Shown: one piece after another, positions 22,349 to 32,879 of the stretch
Layout of the letters: each line of letters starts with the position of its first letter
Position numbering within the stretch: position 1 is the first letter of the stretch
Translations under genes and position numbers: made by a program
From: Octopus bimaculoides
Taxonomy: Eukaryota
Reading direction: 5' to 3'
NCBI RefSeq assembly: GCF_001194135.2
Contig: NC_068988.1
Location: forward strand, 6,351,975-6,386,730
Length of the DNA: 34,756 nt
Notes under the pieces: generated by a model
The model's input: the letters and a program-made list of their open reading frames with translations, nothing else
What the model was told of the DNA's origin: nothing
Databases searched by the model: none

Positions 22349-22510
22349 TCTGAGTTCAAATTCTGCCGCGGCCGACTTTGCCTTTCATCCTTTCGGGGTC
22401 GATAAATAAAGTACCAGTTACGAACTGGGGTCGATGTAATCGACTTAATTCCTTTGTCTGTTCTTGTTTGTCCCCTCTATGTTTAGCCCCTTGTGGGCAA
22501 TAAAGAAATA
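22343..22510 (+). mobile_element. SINE family C, 5'-truncated, alternative tail
   Basis: CTACGTTCTGAGTTCAAATTCTGCCGCGGCCGACTTTGCCTTTCATCCTTTCGGGGTCGATAAATAAAGTACCAG...CTGGGGTCGATGTAATCGACTTAA, then the tail ...GCCCCTTGTGGGCAATAAAGAAATA. Confidence 0.85.
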
Positions 22511-22670
22511 TATATATATATATACATACATACATATATATATATATATCCATACACACATATATATACATATATACGCACACACATATACATATATATG
22601 TAATTATGTATGTCTGCATGTACATATGTATATGTGTGTGTGTGCGCGTGCATACATATATGTATGTATA

Positions 22671-22753
<83 letters not shown>

Positions 22754-22945
22754 ATGTATATGTATATATAAGTATGTCTATATGTATATATGTACATATA
22801 TATCTGTGTGTTTTTTTGTGTGTGTATGTGTGACTGTGAGTGTGTGTGTGCGTGTGTGTATGTAAAAACGCGTGCAGCGTGTTAGAATCGTTAGAGCGTC
22901 GACTGGGAAGCCTTGTGGTTTGTTCTGATTCGAGAGACCACTTAC

Positions 22946-22984
22946 GAAATCTCGTTGCAAGAAGTGAAGGGTTTCACTCTCCAT
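22946..22984 (-). other. Possible short first coding exon (MESETLHFLQRDF) - speculative
   Basis: GCGGCCATGG Kozak-like context, 13 codons, then a perfect GTAAGT donor, inside a CpG-rich unique island. No partner exon or homology recognised. Confidence 0.2.
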
Positions 22985-23646
22985 GGCCGCACACCAGATG
23001 GCAGGAGTGAGAGAGCGCGCGCGCGGCTCCAAAGGGGAGTAAGCCATAAACAGAAGCACGCATGCACACACACAAACACACACACACACACACGTACACC
23101 CTCCACTCACGCACACTGAGATGCATTTCTGTGTGTTTGTGTTTGTGTAATATATGTATGTATATGTATGGCATATTAATAGTGTGTGTATGTGTGTACA
23201 AAGCTTAGAAAGCAATATACATACCGTGTCTAATTTGGCCCATGGCGGTCCATAAAAAATAATACGAGTTGAGGATTCAGTTATTGTTATTGTTGTTGTT
23301 GTATGTTGGTGTTGGCGGTGTTGGGGTTGGTGGTGATGTAGTCTTGGTAGTCGTGGTAATGGTGGTTAAGTCTTGCTTTGGTACAGTAAATTATTGTTAT
23401 TGTTATAATTATTATTATTGTTGTTCTTCTTCTTATTGTTGTTTGTTATTCAGATAAAAAAGCATCATAATATATAATCGAATGCAGTGGTTAATTGGGC
23501 GGAAAAAAGCAATTGCAGTGTACTGGTGTCGCTAAAGTGTACAAGCGAAAGATAAAAGTAACGGAGTGGTAGGGTTTCTATATCGGGAACAGCAGATCGA
23601 CAGAATGAAAAAAAAAAGGAAAAAAAAAAAAAAAAANNNNNNNNNN

Positions 23647-23678
<32 letters not shown>

Positions 23679-24040
23679 AATGAGAAAAAAGGAAAGAAAG
23701 AAAACAAACAAACTAAACAATTATAGCAAAGAACAATTATATGGAAGAGGATAATGTTGTCACAAATACAAACTATGCGCTTAACAAAAGTGCATGGAGA
23801 AGCTCAGGAATAGAAAGAGAGAGGAAGAGGGATAGGAGTACGGTGTTATCATAAGCTGAGAGACAGACATTGATGCAGGAAGTCAGACAGACAGACAGGC
23901 GGCTTGGCATGCAGACGAGTGTTTGGAGAACAGAGTGGAATGCATCAAGGGAAGAATTCGGGATTGGTTTTTCCACGGAACTGTTACGTTCGTTATCTAT
24001 TGACCCATCATAAAGCTTTCTGATAAGTATTCTGTGTTTG

Positions 24041-24073
<33 letters not shown>

Positions 24074-24620
24074 NNNNNNNNNNNNNNNNNNNNNNNNNNN
24101 NNNNNNNNNNNNNNNNNNNNNNNNNNNNNNNNNNNNNNNNNNNNNNNNNNNNNNNNNNNNNNNNNNNNNNNNNNNNNNNNNNNNNNNNNNNNNNNNNNNN
24201 NNNNNNNNNNNNNNNNNNNNNNNNNNNNNNNNNNNNNNNNNNNNNNNNNNNNNNNNNNNNNNNNNNNNNNNNNNNNNNNNNNNNNNNNNNNNNNNNNNNN
24301 NNNNNNNNNNNNNNNNNNNNNNNNNNNNNNNNNNNNNNNNNNNNNNNNNNNNNNNNNNNNNNNNNNNNNNNNNNNNNNNNNNNNNNNNNNNNNNNNNNNN
24401 NNNNNNNNNNNNNNNNNNNNNNNNNNNNNNNNNNNNNNNNNNNNNNNNNNNNNNNNNNNNNNNNNNNNNNNNNNNNNNNNNNNNNNNNNNNNNNNNNNNN
24501 NNNNNNNNNNNNNNNNNNNNNNNNNNNNNNNNNNNNNNNNNNNNNNNNNNNNNNNNNNNNNNNNNNNNNNNNNNNNNNNNNNNNNNNNNNNNNNNNNNNN
24601 NNNNNNNNNNNNNNNNNNNN

Positions 24621-24755
24621 GCGGTTCGGCAAAATAGACCTAGAGAATAAGTCTTAGGCTTACAAAGAATAAGTCCCGGCGTAGGTTTGCTTGACTAAAG
24701 GTAGTGCTCCAGCAAGTCAGCAGTCAAATGACTGAAACAAGTAAAAGAATAAAGA
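24621..24755 (+). mobile_element. SINE family A 3' half (5' part presumably in the gap)
   Basis: GCGGTTCGGCAAAA...GGCTTACAAAGAATAAGTCC...GACTAAAGG...GTGCTCCAGCA...CAGTCAAATGACTGAAACAAGTAAAAGA. Confidence 0.8.
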
Positions 24756-24953
24756 AAAATATAAAAGAATCGTTTATATCAATCACGATATATTGTTGGT
24801 ATTAATTCTGATTTTACATTATTTGACTTAGAAAGATTGACGTAAAAAAAAACTGTTTTGCAGTGTTATTCAAAAACAATGAAGACGAGAAAATATAACG
24901 GTTTGTTGCAAGAGAATTTCATCAATGCTCTCGGCCATTTCCTACGTCTCACC

Positions 24954-25339
24954 GTTGTTGTTGGCACTTCATCGCTAACGACGTCGAGGGTTCCAGTTGA
25001 TCCGATCAACAGAACAGCCTGCTCGTGAAATTAACGTGCAAGTGGCTGAGCATTCCACAGACACGTGTACACTTACCGTAGTTCTCGGGGATACTCAGCG
25101 TGACACAGAGTGTGACACGACTGGTCCTTTGAAATACAGGTACAACAGAAACAAGAAGAAAGAGTTAGAGAAATTTGTGGTGAAAGAGTACAGCAGGGTT
25201 CACCACCATTCCCTGCCGGAGCCTCGTGAAGCTTTAGGTATTTTCACTCAATAAACACTCACAACGCCCGGTCTGGCAATCGAAACCGCGATCCTATGAC
25301 CGTGAGTCCGCTGCCCTAACCACTGGGCCATTGCACCTC
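24954..25339 (-). mobile_element. SINE family B, full length, with 9-bp target-site duplication
   Basis: Colinear with 3435-3814. Flanked by CGTCTCACC at 24945-24953 and 25340-25348, with an (AAC)n tail on the minus strand. Confidence 0.9.
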
Positions 25340-26976
25340 CGTCTCACCATCACTGTTATAATTATTAAGCATTTCAGAAAAGATGGTTTCTGTTTTAGGT
25401 AGTTGATCGGTGAATTTAAGGAGGTGCTTATCGAATGCTTCAGTGGTTCTTCATAGTGCAAACGATGGATGGAGCAGAAGCAAACCTGACTTGAACTCTG
25501 AGTCTAGAGACGTTTTGCCTAACGATTTTGCAAGGCCGCCATCGTGAGCATTAGAGAAATGATACAAACGAGATTTATTTCTCTCATTAACGACATGTGT
25601 GTGATATTTTGAAAACTTATCTTTTTAAAATTTTATTTTCTTTCTAAGAAATAAAGACACCTGCAAATTAAGGCAGTAATATAACACACACACAGACACA
25701 CACACACACACACACGAACACCCCCCCCCCNNNNNNNNNNNNNNNNNNNNNNNNNNNNNNNNNNNNNNNNNNNNNNNNNNNNNNNNNNNNNNNNNNNNNN
25801 NNNNNNNNNNNNNNNNNNNNNNNNNNNNNNNNNNNNNNNNNNNNNNNNNNNNNNNNNNNNNNNNNNNNNNNNNNNNNNNNNNNNNNNNNNNNNNNNNNNN
25901 NNNNNNNNNNNNNNNNNNNNNNNNNNNNNNNNNNNNNNNNNNNNNNNNNNNNNNNNNNNNNNNNNNNNNNNNNNNNNNNNNNNNNNNNNNNNNNNNNNNN
26001 NNNNNNNNNNNNNNNNNNNNNNNNNNNNNNNNNNNNNNNNNNNNNNNNNNNNNNNNNNNNNNNNNNNNNNNNNNNNNNNNNNNNNNNNNNNNNNNNNNNN
26101 NNNNNNNNNNNNNNNNNNNNNNNNNNNNNNNNNNNNNNNNNNNNNNNNNNNNNNNNNNNNNNNNNNNNNNNNNNNNNNNNNNNNNNNNNNNNNNNNNNNN
26201 NNNNNNNNNNNNNNNNNNNNNNNNNNNNNNNNNNNNNNNNNNNNNNNNNNNNNNNNNNNNNNNNNNNNNNNNNNNNNNNNNNNNNNNNNNNNNNNNNNNN
26301 NNNNNNNNNNNNNNNNNNNNNNNNNNNNNNNNNNNNNNNNNNNNNNNNNNNNNNNNNNNNNNNNNNNNNNNNNNNNNNNNNNNNNNNNNNNNNNNNNNNN
26401 NNNNNNNNNNNNNNNNNNNNNNTATATATGCATATATATGCATATATATATGAATGTATGTGACACACAGGAAAAATCACAAGTGAAAAAAATTATATTT
26501 ACAAAAAAAAAAATCTTAGAATATAACATTAGAAATAAAACAGTAAAAGATAATAACATAATAAAGGAGAAAAAATAAACACAAAAAATTACAAAAAAAA
26601 AACCATTGCGAATAATTTCGGCTAAATTTCTTGAAGATAAGGAAAACTCGTAGAGAATTGTGAATATCCGAAACATTAGCAAATTGTGTTAAGTAGAGAG
26701 AGACCTGAGATAAACATTTGTTACTAAATAGATAAAAGTATAATTTTGCTGCTGTTGTTGTTGTTGTTGTTGTTATTGTTCTTGTTGTTGTTGCTAGTGT
26801 TGTTTACGCGCTGGTGCTGTCGGCGTCGGCGTCGTCGCTGCGGTTATCATTGTCGTTCCTGTTGTTGGTGTCGCTGCTGTAATTGTTGTTGTTGCAGTTG
26901 CTTTTGTTGTTGCTGTAATTACTGGTAAATAAAATAGTTGATTTTGTTTGTGTTTTTTTTCTTCTGTTGGTGTCAT

Positions 26977-27277
26977 GGCGAAGGCACGTGGCTAAGTGGT
27001 TAGCGTATCTGGATCACGATTGTAAGGTCATGAGTTCGATTCCTGGCGAGTAGCAAGACACTTTATTCCACACTGTTCCAGTTCACTCTCCTGGCAAAAA
27101 TGACCAGTACCTGTCATTCAAAAGACCAGCTTTGTCGCATTCTGTGTCACACTGAACCTCCCTGAAAACTATATGAACGTTATGTGTGTCTGTGGAATAC
27201 TCAGCCATTTGCACGTTAATTTTATTAGCAGGTTGTTCCATTGATCGGATCAACCGGAACCCACGTCGTCATAACCG
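26977..27277 (+). mobile_element. tRNA-derived SINE family D
   Basis: A-box TGGCTAAGTGG, B-box GAGTTCGATTCCT, CORE-like GCAAGACACTTTATT, then the same 3' tail as family B (GTACCTGT...TTGATCGGATCAACCGGAACCC..GTCGTC). Confidence 0.8.
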
Positions 27278-27507
27278 TGACACTGAGTCAGGCCTCAGTG
27301 TCACGGTCATGTTTGTTGTAACAGTATAATGGTCGAGGTTCCTTCTAATTTTTAAGGACCCATTCAGGTCACGAGGTAGCAACTCGCTTGGCAAACATTT
27401 CGTTCCTGGCTCCATTTCACAAAACAAAGAACCTAATATTTGGCAAGAAAGACTGTAGGACGTTTATATCCCGTCGATCTGATGACGCTACCAATCCAGA
27501 GCTTTCC

Positions 27508-27564
<57 letters not shown>

Positions 27565-27656
27565 TAATAATAATAATGATAATAATAACAACAACAATAA
27601 TAATATATTCAGGCAAATACAAAACTAAAACACCAGCATTTACAAGTATATATAAC

Positions 27657-28074
27657 GCGCAGGAGTGGTAGTGTGGTAAGTAGCTTGCTTACTAACCACA
27701 TGGTTCCGGGTTCAGTCCCACTGCGTGACACCTTTGGCAAGTGTCTTCTACTATATCCTCGGGCTGACCNNNNNNNNNNNNNNNNNNNNNNNNNNNNNNN
27801 NNNNNNNNNNNNNNNNNNNNNNNNNNNNNNNNNNNNNNNNNNNNNNNNNNNNNNNNNNNNNNNNNNNNNNNNNNNNNNNNNNNNNNNNNNNNNNNNNNNN
27901 NNNNNNNNNNNNNNNNNNNNNNNNNNNNNNNNNNNNNNNNNNNNNNNNNNNNNNNNNNNNNNNNNNNNNNNNNNNNNNNNNNNNNNNNNNNNNNNNNNNN
28001 NNNNNNNNNNNNNNNNNNNNNNNNNNNNNNNNNNNNNNNNNNNNNNNNNNNNNNNNNNNNNNNNNNNNNNNNNN

Positions 28075-28114
<40 letters not shown>

Positions 28115-28328
28115 CTTGTGTGTCTGTGTTTGTCTCCTCAACATCGCTAGACAGCCGATGATGGCGCGTTTACGTCACCGTAACTTAGCGGTTTGGCCAA
28201 AGAGTCCGATAGAATAAGTACTAAGCTTACAGGGAATATGTCTTGCGTTCGATTTGCCCGACTAAAGGCAGTGTTCCAGCATGGCCGCAGTCAAATGACT
28301 GAAAGAAGTAAAAGAATAAAAGAATAAC
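27657..28328 (+). mobile_element. SINE family A, full length, internal microsatellite contains an N gap
   Basis: Head 27657-27769 and tail 28075-28328 both match 522-943. Confidence 0.85.
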
Positions 28329-29708
28329 AGAATACAGAACGCAACACTACTAGACACCGCATGCATCCTACAAAAACACTTTCAATACACTAAAAGTAAG
28401 AGCACCACAACAAACCACAGCACATACCGAAGGCACACAGAGCTGCGCTCGATGGTGCAGCGAAACCATGTGATAAGTATAAGACTACTGGATGATGATG
28501 ATGATGATGATGTAAGCTCATATAGAGCTGGAACTCTTGTATCAGTAGAATTATGAATATCAACAATTGTATCGCTCTAAAAGAAAAAAAAAGAAAAAAC
28601 TCCAAAAAGAATGAAAATGAATTGAACGTTTTCATCTTGCTTGTCTCGAATGCGTTTGAGATTGTGTCTCCTAACAACCACCGTCAGTGGTATGCTGTGC
28701 AACTAACAGTACAAAGCAAATCAACTCTGGTTTCCATCAAATATCTAACATTAGGCAATTTTGTTCGCAGTGTTTTAAATACATTAATCTCAGTGGTATA
28801 ACAATTATAGTGTACAATTAAATCGCAAAAGTTAGACCACATCCAGGCAGTATTAACTGCCATTGTCGTTTCGTCTCTTTTTCTTCTTTTCTTTTGTTGT
28901 TGTTGTTGTTATTATTATCATTATTATTATTATTATTATTATTATTGTTGTTGTTGTTGTTGGTGTTGTTGTATTTTAGCTCATTGTTGCAACCGTTTGT
29001 TTAAAATATTTTTCTTTCTTTCTTTCTTTCTTTCTTTCCTTCATTCGTTCTTTCTTTCTTTCTATTTTCCTGGTTTAAATCAAAGTCGCCGATTGCTTAC
29101 AGTCTCCAATAAAATCACCCACTTCATAGTTGTCATGGTACGTAGAAAAATAGCCAATTTGCATTGCAAATTCGGTCTTTCCGGTGAAGTTCTCCAGATG
29201 TTTAACCCGTTATTTCTCTAATATCGGCGCCCNNNNNNNNNNNNNNNNNNNNNNNNNNNNNNNNNNNNNNNNNNNNNNNNNNNNNNNNNNNNNNNNNNNN
29301 NNNNNNNNNNNNNNNNNNNNNNNNNNNNNNNNNNNNNNNNNNNNNNNNNNNNNNNNNNNNNNNNNNNNNNNNNNNNNNNNNNNNNNNNNNNNNNNNNNNN
29401 NNNNNNNNNNNNNNNNNNNNNNNNNNNNNNNNNNNNNNNNNNNNNNNNNNNNNNNNNNNNNNNNNNNNNNNNNNNNNNNNNNNNNNNNNNNNNNNNNNNN
29501 NNNNNNNNNNNNNNNNNNNNNNNNNNNNNNNNNNNNNNNNNNNNNNNNNNNNNNNNNNNNNNNNNNNNNNNNNNNNNNNNNNNNNNNNNNNNNNNNNNNN
29601 NNNNNNNNNNNNNNNNNNNNNNNNNNNNNNNNNNNNNNNNNNNNNNNNNNNNNNNNNNNNNNNNNNNNNNNNNNNNNNNNNNNNNNNNNNNNNNNNNNNN
29701 NNNNNNNN

Positions 29709-29766
<58 letters not shown>

Positions 29767-30429
29767 TGTGTGTGTGTGTCTATATGCATGTGTATGTGTG
29801 TGTCCGTGTCTGCGTCTGTGTGTCTGTGTATGTATACGGAGATCAGTTGAAAATGCAAGAATATTAACAGTTTTGCTGCTTGCTGTCATTTCTGTCCACA
29901 GTGAAATTGGTCGCTGCATATTATTTCCTAGAATCAATAAGCAGAACTACGCCACCACTCCACCACCCCAACAACACTTCTACTAACACTAACACCGCCA
30001 CCGTCTCCACCACCACCACCACCAGCAATTCTTCTATTTATCGTACCGACTCCATTCAGCAAACCGTAATATCTTCCCGGGACTTTTAGCATTAAGTACG
30101 GACATGGTTTTTGTCAGATTTCGCTATTTATCATTTATTTGCTAAACAAGAAATAACGAAGACGAAGTATAACGCCATATAAAAATGATATCGTAGTATG
30201 ATATATAACGATATCATAATATGTTATGATATCGTAAAAACAAATGATGGTAGGTGAGAGCAGCCTACTCGTATTCGTCATCAGTTCAAATCTTCTCTGG
30301 ATATGTTTTTTAAAGCAGGCGGAAAGAAGCTGGAAGATGACACTTCCCGTGCCTTTGGCGATGGCAGATAATCCGGAAGGTCGGCTTTGCCGTTTTAGCA
30401 ATCCGGGGGTCGACGAAGTAAAGTACCAG

Positions 30430-30481
30430 TCTTCTTCTTCTTCTTCTTCTTCTTCTTCTTCTTCTTCTTCTTCTTCTTCTT

Positions 30482-30512
<31 letters not shown>

Positions 30513-30628
30513 TTCTTCTTCTTCTTCTTCTTCTCCTTCTGCTTCTTGCCCTTCTTTTTCTTCTTCATCGCCTCCTCCCCTCCTCCCCCTTCTTGTCTTT
30601 ATCTTCTTTTTCTTCCTGCTCTTCTTCT

Positions 30629-30671
<43 letters not shown>

Positions 30672-30750
30672 GCTGTTGCTGCTGCTTCTGCTGCTGCTGC
30701 TGCTACTGCTGCCGATGCTACTGCACTCGCTGTTGATTTTGTTGTTGTTG
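30430..30750. repeat. Compound (CTT)/(CTA)/(CTG)/(GTT) microsatellite
   Basis: Directly visible. Confidence 0.9.
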
Positions 30751-30752
30751 CT

Positions 30753-30972
30753 AAGGCGAGACTAACTGGCAGAGTCGTTTGCATGCTGGACGAAGTGCTT
30801 AGCGGCGTTGCACCCGTCGCTACGTTCTGAGTTCGAATTCCGCCGCGGTCGAATTTGCCTTTCATCCTTTCGGCGTCCATAAAATAATTACCAGTTGAAC
30901 ACTTGGGTCGATCTAGGGACTTATACCCTTCCCCAAATTACTGGCCTTGTGCCACAATTTGAAACCATTGTT
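30753..30972 (+). mobile_element. SINE family C
   Basis: CTGGCAGAGTCGTT...GCTTAGCGGCG...CTACGTTCTGAGTTCGAATTCCGCCGCGGTCGAATTTGCCTTTCATCCTTTCGG...CCCAAATTACTGGCCTTGTGCC...TTTGAAACC. Confidence 0.85.
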
Positions 30973-31046
30973 AAGACTGGTGAGACTGAATGGATGTACT
31001 GTATGCTTTTCTAAGTTGGAGGAAACAAATTGTTAGATGGCGCTTC

Positions 31047-31905
31047 CTGTGCCGTGGTAATGGCACAGTGATCCGGGATTTTCGTGTGCAACTATTGACT
31101 TTGAACTTTGCCCTGCATGTGCATTAAGTTTTAATGTTGTAGCTCACTTCTGCTGTTTACAGCAGTGCTATGAAGTAGCGTGTGTAGTGTGTGATCATCG
31201 CATTGACCATGGCAGAAAGCTGTCATGGTGATGCCTGCTCAGAAGCCCACGCAAAGTTGCAGAAAATGTATGGAGAGGAGTGCATGAGCCACATACAAGT
31301 GTACGAGTGATTCAGACGTTTCCAAGATGGCCGAAAAATGTCGAAATTGACGAACATTATGGGAGACCCGCAACCAGCAGAACTGAGAAAGACATCACAG
31401 ATTTGTGTGCAGCTGTGAGGGAAATCATTGAATCATCACCTGTGAGTTATCAGAGGAAATGCAGATTAGACACTATTCATTTCAGTGCATTATTTCCGAC
31501 GATTTGGGTACGAGACGCGTGTCTGCCAAGTTTGTGTCAAAACTATTCTCAGCTGACCAAAAAGACACTCAGGTTTCAGTTGCAAAATACCTCCTTGATT
31601 GTGTCGAGAACGACGAAAACATTTTGGAAACATTACGGAGGCCTCTCAGTAGGTATCGCCAAGCTTTTGGCAAAATTTGATGCAGATTCTCTGCTCAACA
31701 TTCTCTGTCATGGTCAATACGACAACCACACGCAACACACGTTCCTTTCAAGCACTGCAATAAGCAGCGGAAGTGAGTTAGAACATAAAATCTAAGTGCG
31801 CATGTACAGCAGGGTTCAAGGTCAATCTGTGCCAAGCAGCTTAACTCGGCGTGTTGTAGGTTCATTACTATGGCAACAGTCCAAATACTTATTGATCAGA
31901 CCTCG
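31047..31905. mobile_element. Mariner-derived fold-back element (two inverted 5' ends, no catalytic domain)
   Basis: The + strand from ATG 31209 gives a frameshifted mariner N-terminus (ACSEAHAKLQKMYGEECMSHIQVYE*FRRFQDG..VEIDEHYGRPATS...ISDDLGTRRVSAKFVSKLFSADQK...). The minus strand from ATG 31711 gives MTENVEQRICIKFCQKLGDTY*EA. TIR end GATCAGACCTCG+TA at 31894-31907. Left boundary uncertain. Confidence 0.85.
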
Positions 31906-32027
31906 TATACGCCAGAGAAACCGGGACACGGGCCCTATGACTCGGGAAGAACCTATTTCCTCAGTGATCAATAAAAGAAACCGTCATCATCCTCATTATC
32001 ATCACCATCATCATCATTATTATCATT

Positions 32028-32213
32028 AAGGCAGCGAGCTGGCAGAAACCCTAGAATGCCGGGCCAAATGCTTCGTGGCATTTCGTCCGTCTTTAAGTTC
32101 TGATTTCAAAATCCACCCAGGTCAACTTTGCTTTTCAATCAATTGGAGGTTGATAAAATCGTTGTAACTGACTTAACCTCTTCTCCCCAAAGTTGTGCCT
32201 CAATGTGAAACTA
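32028..32213 (+). mobile_element. SINE family C, internally deleted
   Basis: AAGGCAGCGAGCTGGCAGAA...GCCGGGCCAAATGCTT...GGCATTTCGTCCGTC...TTCAAAATCC...GGTCAACTTTGC...GATAAAAT. Confidence 0.7.
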
Positions 32214-32731
32214 TCATCATTATTGTTGTTGTTGTTGTTGTTGTTGTTATCATCATCATCATTATTATTATTATTATTATTATNNNNNNNNNNNNNNNNN
32301 NNNNNNNNNNNNNNNNNNNNNNNNNNNNNNNNNNNNNNNNNNNNNNNNNNNNNNNNNNNNNNNNNNNNNNNNNNNNNNNNNNNNNNNNNNNNNNNNNNNN
32401 NNNNNNNNNNNNNNNNNNNNNNNNNNNNNNNNNNNNNNNNNNNNNNNNNNNNNNNNNNNNNNNNNNNNNNNNNNNNNNNNNNNNNNNNNNNNNNNNNNNN
32501 NNNNNNNNNNNNNNNNNNNNNNNNNNNNNNNNNNNNNNNNNNNNNNNNNNNNNNNNNNNNNNNNNNNNNNNNNNNNNNNNNNNNNNNNNNNNNNNNNNNN
32601 NNNNNNNNNNNNNNNNNNNNNNNNNNNNNNNNNNNNNNNNNNNNNNNNNNNNNNNNNNNNNNNNNNNNNNNNNNNNNNNNNNNNNNNNNNNNNNNNNNNN
32701 NNNNNNNNNNNNNNNNNNNNNATCATCATCA

Positions 32732-32771
<40 letters not shown>

Positions 32772-32783
32772 CATTATTATTAC

Positions 32784-32879
<96 letters not shown>

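Larger units (their letters stand above)
5921..32721. other. 16 assembly gaps (N runs, ~7.7 kb in total)
   Basis: N runs at 5921-6391, 6859-7713, 9863-9872, 12089-12517, 13206-14103, 14760-15523, 15915-15949, 16891-17519, 18903-19845, 20738-20937, 23637-23646, 24074-24620, 25731-26421, 27770-28074, 29233-29708, 32284-32721. Most abut simple repeats. Confidence 0.95.

Noticed and set aside
28432-28475. GCUGC...GCAGC stem followed by GAAAC
   Set aside because: No CUGANGA box upstream and no valid NUH site.
30207-30234. 12-bp-stem palindrome ACGATATCATAA-TATG-TTATGATATCGT
   Set aside because: Lies in AT-rich low-complexity sequence built from repeated GATAT units, where such palindromes arise readily.
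31280-31795. 171-aa ORF as an intact gene
   Set aside because: It crosses frameshifted mariner transposase pieces and then the inverted arm; it is a chimeric decayed reading frame.
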